Part shown: positions 59,113 through 64,000 of the stretch, one piece after another | How the letters are laid out: each line of letters begins with the position of its first letter | How positions within the stretch are numbered: the stretch's first letter is position 1 | Assembly (NCBI GenBank): GCA_018220985.1 | Contig: JAAOXS010000021.1 | Span: 24,274-88,273 of the forward strand | Length of the DNA stretch: 64,000 bases | Direction of reading: 5' to 3' | From: Nanobdellota archaeon | GTDB taxonomy: Archaea > Nanobdellota > Nanobdellia > PEZQ01 | Notes under the pieces: model-generated | Databases searched by the model: none | What the model was told of the DNA's origin: nothing | Seen by the model: only the letters and a program-made list of their open reading frames with translations | Position numbers and translations under genes: made by a program

Positions 59113-60393
59113 TTAAAGGTTTGTCCTTACACCATTAGGGTAATTCTTGTGCTTTGGAAAACTAACTATAGAATCAGGCTGAAACGAGAAAACGCTTTTC
59201 CTAGCAGCGGGATTATTATTAAGAATAATTGAATCCACCCCTTTTTTATACCTATTATTATTTAGTCTGAATCTTTTAGCTAAAAACTCGTTGGCGTAAC
59301 CCACATGATGGTTTCGAACCATGAACTCCAACAATTTAGGGTGAAGTATTTGCATTGGAAATTGATTCAAATTAAGGTTGACTGTCCACAAATCTAAATC
59401 TTTGAAGTAATACCATTCAATAAATTTAGCTACTAACGGGTGCTCAAGATTTGTTAATGGCTCAAACACTTTTGCAACAGTAAAATTGTTAATGTCCACA
59501 TTAGTGTTATTAGTTATTTTTACGCTGCCAACGTTTTTCAAACCTTTATTAACTATGTTCTCAGCAGCGCTAAAATGATGACAATGAATTCTTACCTTTG
59601 TCCCTTCATCATTAGCTTCGTTTTTGTGAGTTCCACAAGAACAGCGATGATCTGACATCATTAATTTATGAAACTCAATTTTTTGAGATGGGTTTTTTAA
59701 ATCAACTTCATACTCTTCAACTTTTACACCTAATAAGCTTGGTATTTGAAAACTTCCAGCATGACCAATGAATCTTTGTTTCTTATTATTCCAACTGCTA
59801 GTGTTATCAAAAGTTATTTCTCGTAAATTTACGACTTCATTAGATTTTTTTTCATAAGCGTTCTCAAAAATTTTCATGAAATACTCTGATTCTTTTTCAC
59901 CAAACCTTTTGAAAACTTTATCAAAAATTTCTTGCTTAGAATTAGTCATAAGCGCAGCTCTAATTTCTGAACTTGGCTGGTATAGTACGCGATTTTTTTC
60001 AAATTCCCCATCGATTGTTATAAGTCGTGTTAATGAGTAACCCACAAGTTTAGTTGTGTAATACACGAAATCAGGTGCTGGATCTTTTTTTGGATGCGAG
60101 TGAATCCGGCGTAAAGTTAGGAATTCTAAATCAAACTGGTTTCCAGTTGCTTGATTGGTTGATGATAATGGAATGTTCATGTAAGGAAAAAAATTTGCTC
60201 CCCCTAATCCAAGTTTTTTTGCTCTACTAAAATAAGTATTAACAATTCTTTTAACTTCTGATTTCGGAATTGAATAAACACTTTGCTCAAGCAGGTTGGA
60301 AAGATCGTCTTGGTTTAATCTTAACTTCTGCAAACTTTCAACATCAAAAATTGAGTTGTAATACTCTTCTCTTTTGAATTCATCAACTACCAT
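59113..60393 (-). CDS. Hypothetical protein with a SWIM-like Zn finger
   Basis: YEVDL...HRCSCG-x-HCHH, a CxC...CxH pattern. Confidence 0.65.
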   Translation of the reverse strand: MVVDEFKREEYYNSIFDVESLQKLRLNQDDLSNLLEQSVYSIPKSEVKRIVNTYFSRAKKLGLGGANFFPYMNIPLSSTNQATGNQFDLEFLTLRRIHSHPKKDPAPDFVYYTTKLVGYSLTRLITIDGEFEKNRVLYQPSSEIRAALMTNSKQEIFDKVFKRFGEKESEYFMKIFENAYEKKSNEVVNLREITFDNTSSWNNKKQRFIGHAGSFQIPSLLGVKVEEYEVDLKNPSQKIEFHKLMMSDHRCSCGTHKNEANDEGTKVRIHCHHFSAAENIVNKGLKNVGSVKITNNTNVDINNFTVAKVFEPLTNLEHPLVAKFIEWYYFKDLDLWTVNLNLNQFPMQILHPKLLEFMVRNHHVGYANEFLAKRFRLNNNRYKKGVDSIILNNNPAARKSVFSFQPDSIVSFPKHKNYPNGVRTNL

Positions 60394-60430
60394 TAAAAAA
60401 AATGATTAAGACTTGAGAATAAAAACTTTA

Positions 60431-61594
60431 TTAATCCCTTAACAAGAATTTTTCAAGCACTTTCTTTGCTTTAACACGCTCCTTCTGATGATTAGCCAAA
60501 TAAGAGTTCACTTTTTCAATTGCAATTGCTTTCAACTCACCAGAAAGCATATCACCATTCTTATAACTCTCATAAATTTCTTTTAACTTTTTATCATCAG
60601 GCTCGAATAAGAAATTAAGCAACTGATAAGACATGTCAACATCAGGATTACCTCCTTTTTCCCTATGCTCTTTTACAGTATCACGACCACCACTAAAAGC
60701 GCTTCCAATCTTTTTCTTAACCTCTTTCGCAGAATCAGTTGTGTAAATCGCGCTCGACGGATCTGAAGAACTCATCTTCCCACCTTCCTTCAAACCAGGC
60801 ATTAACACATTATGAATCGCGGCAGGCTTATAATAACCAAGCTTAGGCATAACATCTCGTGAAACCCTAAAATGCGGGTCCTGATCAATACCGTGAGGGA
60901 TAAGACAAGGCACATTCTTACCCTGACGAACACTCTCCAAAAAAGCAGGAACTGCCTGAAAACTCGTGTAAAAAATGCTACCAATATTCGTACTATTATT
61001 AAAACCGAAAACAGCTTTAATTGTTGAAAAAGTAATTTTTTTAGCAACACGAATAGCATTATTATACAACGTTTTCGAATAAAACGTGTCAATTAAGATT
61101 TCAGTATTTTTTGGCTTAAAACCAAGAGCGATAATGTCCAAAGCATCACTTAACGCTTGATTAGTTGTTTGCTCAAGCTCAAGATCCTGCCTGAACATGA
61201 ACTTTTCATCATCAGTCATTTGAATTACTAATTTTGCTTTGAACTTATCCTGCAACCACTTAGTGAACACGAAAGGCATTAAATGACCAAGATGCATTCG
61301 CCCACTCGGACCCCTTCCTGTGTACAAATAGAACTTCTCTTTTTTCTCGTACTTGTCAAGCAACCAGTTCAAATCACGGTGTGAAAAGAACATACCTCTA
61401 CGCAACATGAAATGAGCAGGTCCAGTGTGCTTTTCAATTCGCTTAATTAAAACATCATTAATTCGCACAGTTCCGAACTGTTTGATTAAATTATTATAAT
61501 CAATTTTACCGGACACCTCCCACGGCGTCACGACAAAACCTGTTTTATCAGTCATATTATAACTAACAAGTTCTCTTGATTTAATATTTTTCAT
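60431..61594 (-). CDS. trpS: Tryptophan--tRNA ligase (archaeal type)
   Basis: VTPW, GRGPSGRMHLGH, IDQDPHFR and KMSSS motifs. Start is either at 61594 (ATGA overlap with trpB2) or at 61555. Confidence 0.97.
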   Translation of the reverse strand: MKNIKSRELVSYNMTDKTGFVVTPWEVSGKIDYNNLIKQFGTVRINDVLIKRIEKHTGPAHFMLRRGMFFSHRDLNWLLDKYEKKEKFYLYTGRGPSGRMHLGHLMPFVFTKWLQDKFKAKLVIQMTDDEKFMFRQDLELEQTTNQALSDALDIIALGFKPKNTEILIDTFYSKTLYNNAIRVAKKITFSTIKAVFGFNNSTNIGSIFYTSFQAVPAFLESVRQGKNVPCLIPHGIDQDPHFRVSRDVMPKLGYYKPAAIHNVLMPGLKEGGKMSSSDPSSAIYTTDSAKEVKKKIGSAFSGGRDTVKEHREKGGNPDVDMSYQLLNFLFEPDDKKLKEIYESYKNGDMLSGELKAIAIEKVNSYLANHQKERVKAKKVLEKFLLRD

Positions 61595-62850
61595 TCTAAC
61601 TCACCTCGCAAGAACTGTTCGTAACCTGTCAAGTCTAGTAACCCATGCCCGCTCAAACAAAACACTAAAACCTGATTCTTTCTTCTCTTAGCATTTTCTA
61701 TAACACTTTTTATTGCATGACAACTTTCCGGAGCAGGAATAATACCTTCAGTTTCAGCGAACAATTTTCCAGCTTCAAAAACACTTTTCTGATTATAATA
61801 CTCTGTTTTCATTAAACCATGCTCTTTTATAGCTGACAATAACGGTGCCACTCCATGATACCTTAACCCGCCTGCATGTATTGCCGGTGGTACGAACTCG
61901 CATCCAAGCGAATGCATTTTTAGCATAGGCGTTATTTTTGCAGTGTCACCAAAATCGTATTTGAACTCGCCTTTTCCCATACTCGCACAACTTTCTGGCT
62001 CTACACCAATTAATTCAGCGCCAGTATTATAGAAAGGTAATGCTATTCCTCCAAAATTACTTCCACCACCCACACAACCAATTACTGCATCCGCTTTTTC
62101 AGGCAATTGCTCTTTAGCTTCCAAACCAATTATTGATTGATGTATTAACACGTGAGTTAGCACTGAACCAAGACTATACTTGTAGTTTTCTAATTTCATG
62201 CAAGTTTCTAAAGCTTCACTTATTGCTATTCCTAAACTTCCCGGATGCTCTGGATTTTGGTCTAATAATTTTTTACCAAAACTTGTTTCTTCATTTGGGC
62301 TGGGCAGAACATGTCCGCCATAAATATTCATAATCGTTTTCCTTCCAGGTTTCTGATAATAACTACTTCTTACCATGAATACTTTACAATCCAAATCGAA
62401 TAATTTGCACGCAAGACTTAATGCACTACCCCACTGCCCAGCACCTGTTTCAGTTATTAAACCTTTCAAGCCCTCTTTCTTCGCGCTAAAAGCTTGCGCT
62501 AACGCAGTATTTAATTTATGACTTCCAGTAGGGCTCGCACCCTCATACTTATAATAAATCCTGCAATTAGTCCCAATTTTTTTTTCCAAATTCTTAGCCC
62601 TAATTAATGGCGTTGGCCTGTATTTTTTGTAGAATTCCAAAATTTTTTCGGGTATTGGAATGAACCGTTCCTTGCTGATTTCTAATTCCATACTTTCTTT
62701 TGGAAAAATTTGTTTTAATTCTTCAGGATTTATTGGTTTTTTTGTTGCAGGATTTATTGGCGGACTAACCTTGAAAGGTAAGTCTGCAGTTATGTTGTAA
62801 TAATGTTTTGGTACTTTACCAGGGACACTCAACCCTTTTATTGTTCTCAC
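61591..62850 (-). CDS. trpB2: TrpB2 (stand-alone tryptophan synthase beta-like, indole salvage); 5' end possibly supplied by frameshifting
   Basis: SHKLN (PLP lysine), TETGAGQWG, GGGSN, HAGGLRYHG and SGHG motifs. The annotated GTG has no well-spaced SD. Confidence 0.93.
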   Translation of the reverse strand: MRTIKGLSVPGKVPKHYYNITADLPFKVSPPINPATKKPINPEELKQIFPKESMELEISKERFIPIPEKILEFYKKYRPTPLIRAKNLEKKIGTNCRIYYKYEGASPTGSHKLNTALAQAFSAKKEGLKGLITETGAGQWGSALSLACKLFDLDCKVFMVRSSYYQKPGRKTIMNIYGGHVLPSPNEETSFGKKLLDQNPEHPGSLGIAISEALETCMKLENYKYSLGSVLTHVLIHQSIIGLEAKEQLPEKADAVIGCVGGGSNFGGIALPFYNTGAELIGVEPESCASMGKGEFKYDFGDTAKITPMLKMHSLGCEFVPPAIHAGGLRYHGVAPLLSAIKEHGLMKTEYYNQKSVFEAGKLFAETEGIIPAPESCHAIKSVIENAKRRKNQVLVFCLSGHGLLDLTGYEQFLRGELE

Positions 62851-62860
62851 TAGTTTTCAT
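62816..62860 (-). promoter_or_regulatory. trp leader segment 2, MKTSENNKRVECPW*, ending in CCC-TGG-TAA
   Basis: AAGGTGA SD 8 nt before the ATG at 62860. The +1 frame after CCC is the TrpB2 frame (P-G-K-V-P-K-H-Y-Y-N). Confidence 0.75.
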
Positions 62861-62903
62861 ATTAATTTTCACCTTAGAAAGAGTGTTCTCTAGCAAAATC
62901 TTA

Positions 62904-62933
62904 TCATAATTTTTGCCAGGGATAATCACTCAT
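62904..62933 (-). promoter_or_regulatory. trp leader uORF 1, MSDYPWQKL*, with a CCC-TGG site
   Basis: ATG AGT GAT TAT CCC TGG CAA AAA TTA TGA TAA, about 24 nt after TTTATAAA (62957-62964). The +1 frame runs stop-free into segment 2. Confidence 0.8.
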
Positions 62934-63010
62934 AAAAATAAAGTATTCAATTTTGCTTTATAAAACTAACGAAAAAAATTTAAAAATCAAATCATGTTTA
63001 AATTATTGTT

Positions 63011-63043
63011 ATGAATCTAAAAAGTGATCGCCCCGTACAATAG
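63011..63043 (+). promoter_or_regulatory. valS leader uORF MNLKSDRPVQ* with a CCC-GTA site
   Basis: ATG AAT CTA AAA AGT GAT CGC CCC GTA CAA TAG, about 25 nt after TTTAAAAA. The +1 frame ends at TAG 63078-63080, 2 nt before the valS ATG. Confidence 0.8.
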
Positions 63044-63082
63044 ACCGATTACTTTATTATTCAATTTCGAGAGACTTTAGAC

Positions 63083-64000
63083 ATGACTATGGATAAGCGT
63101 TACAACGTGGAAGAAACAGAAAAGAAATGGGCGAAAAAATGGGTTGAAAACAAAACTTACGAATTCGTAGAAACCAAGAAAAACTACGTAATCGATTCCC
63201 CACCACCATACCCTTACGTATCCTTACATGCTGGGAACTTTTTTAATTTCGCTTACCAAGATTTTGTGGCACGATACAAACGACTTAGAGGATTCTCAGT
63301 ATTACACCCTTGGGGTTGGGACTGTCATGGATTACCAGCTGAAATTTTTATAGAAAAAAAATATGGGAAAACCGCTGAAAAAATAGGCATTGAAGCATTC
63401 AAAGAACTATGCGAAAAACACATATTAGAAAACATTGAAAACATTCGCGAAAACCAAGCTCAAGTAATTGGGATGAGTGTTGACTGGAGTAAACAATATG
63501 CAACAATGACTGATGATTACAAAACTCGCGTCCAAAAATCCTTTCTTGAAATGGTAAAAAAAAAATACGTTTACAGAAAAGAAGCACCCGTATCATGGTG
63601 CGTGAGTTGCCATACAGCCATTGCAGAAGCGCAAACTGATAAAATAGAAAGAGAAACCAATTTTTACCACATAAACTTACCATTAAAAAACAAAAAAGGC
63701 TCAATAACAATTGCAACAACTCGACCTGAACTAATGCCCTCATGTGTCGCGGTCTTCGTTAACCCAAAAGATGAACGTTACAAAGAATTCATAGGAGAAA
63801 TAGTTAAAATACCCTTCTTCGGACAAGAAGTTAAAATAATCGCTGACGAGAAAGCAGACCCTGAATTCGGCACTGGCGCAGTTTACCACTGCACTTTTGG
63901 AGATAAAACTGACTGGGAATGGGTTGTAAAACACAAACTGCCAATAATAAAATCAATAGAAGAAAACGGAAAACTCAACGAAAACACGAAATTTTTAAAA
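63083..64000 (+). CDS. valS: Valine--tRNA ligase (3' end outside the window)
   Basis: Manual translation: IDSPPPYP..LHAGN, GWDCHGLP, WCVSCHTAIAEA, IATTRPEL, VNPKDERY and ADPEFGTGAV..CTFGD. Confidence 0.93.
   Translation, partial: MTMDKRYNVEETEKKWAKKWVENKTYEFVETKKNYVIDSPPPYPYVSLHAGNFFNFAYQDFVARYKRLRGFSVLHPWGWDCHGLPAEIFIEKKYGKTAEKIGIEAFKELCEKHILENIENIRENQAQVIGMSVDWSKQYATMTDDYKTRVQKSFLEMVKKKYVYRKEAPVSWCVSCHTAIAEAQTDKIERETNFYHINLPLKNKKGSITIATTRPELMPSCVAVFVNPKDERYKEFIGEIVKIPFFGQEVKIIADEKADPEFGTGAVYHCTFGDKTDWEWVVKHKLPIIKSIEENGKLNENTKFLK

Noticed and set aside
63041..63043. In-frame TAG between the valS uORF and the valS ATG, read as pyrrolysine or stop readthrough
   Set aside because: TAG ends ordinary genes in this window and no pyl genes are seen. 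The cysS and trp leaders are not in frame with their genes, so only the +1 model fits all three.
849..63934. Many short ORFs antisense to or nested in long genes (e.g. 5269-5586, 26971-27315, 41871-42209, 63399-63743)
   Set aside because: These are shadow ORFs favoured by the strong strand bias. They have no motifs or SDs and fully overlap well-supported genes.
1..64000. CRISPR array, integrase, transposase or provirus
   Set aside because: I saw no regularly spaced direct repeats, no recombinase, transposase or capsid motifs, and no duplicated tRNA 3' ends (att sites).

Overview
This is AT-rich archaeal chromosomal DNA. RadA, Cdc6/Orc1, Hel308, XPD, Nre, eL15, uL16, NAC, archaeal pilins, TATA/BRE promoters and GGTGA Shine-Dalgarno sites are present. 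The gene content and lineage-typical hypothetical proteins suggest a DPANN (Nanoarchaeota/Woesearchaeota-like) organism; this is an inference. The window holds about 65 CDSs, three tRNAs (Thr-TGT, Gly-TCC, Cys-GCA), one unannotated box C/D guide RNA and an eL15 leader RNA. I found no CRISPR array, integrase or transposase. The main discovery is a short uORF ahead of each of the three aminoacyl-tRNA synthetase transcription units (cysS, valS, trpB2-trpS). Each has the design AGT-GAT-NNN-CCC-[codon for the cognate amino acid]-short tail-stop, giving MKSDCPCKE*, MNLKSDRPVQ* and MSDYPWQKL*. A +1 slip on CCC opens a stop-free frame in each case. For cysS it ends in an ATGA overlap with the start codon. 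For valS it ends 2 nt before the start. For trpB2 it runs into a second CCC-TGG-TAA site whose +1 frame is TrpB2 itself. This looks like a hungry-codon, amino-acid-sensing +1 frameshift regulon, which I do not know to be described in archaea. Other highlights are a position-fixed TASYGGACA motif upstream of the TATA boxes of hel308, nre, radA and two unknown genes, a palindromic intergenic repeat family, a diverged duplicate of the NAC 3' end, a pseudo-PEP-synthase, and a CARF-wHTH regulator. All functional calls come from motif recognition by eye; no searches were run.
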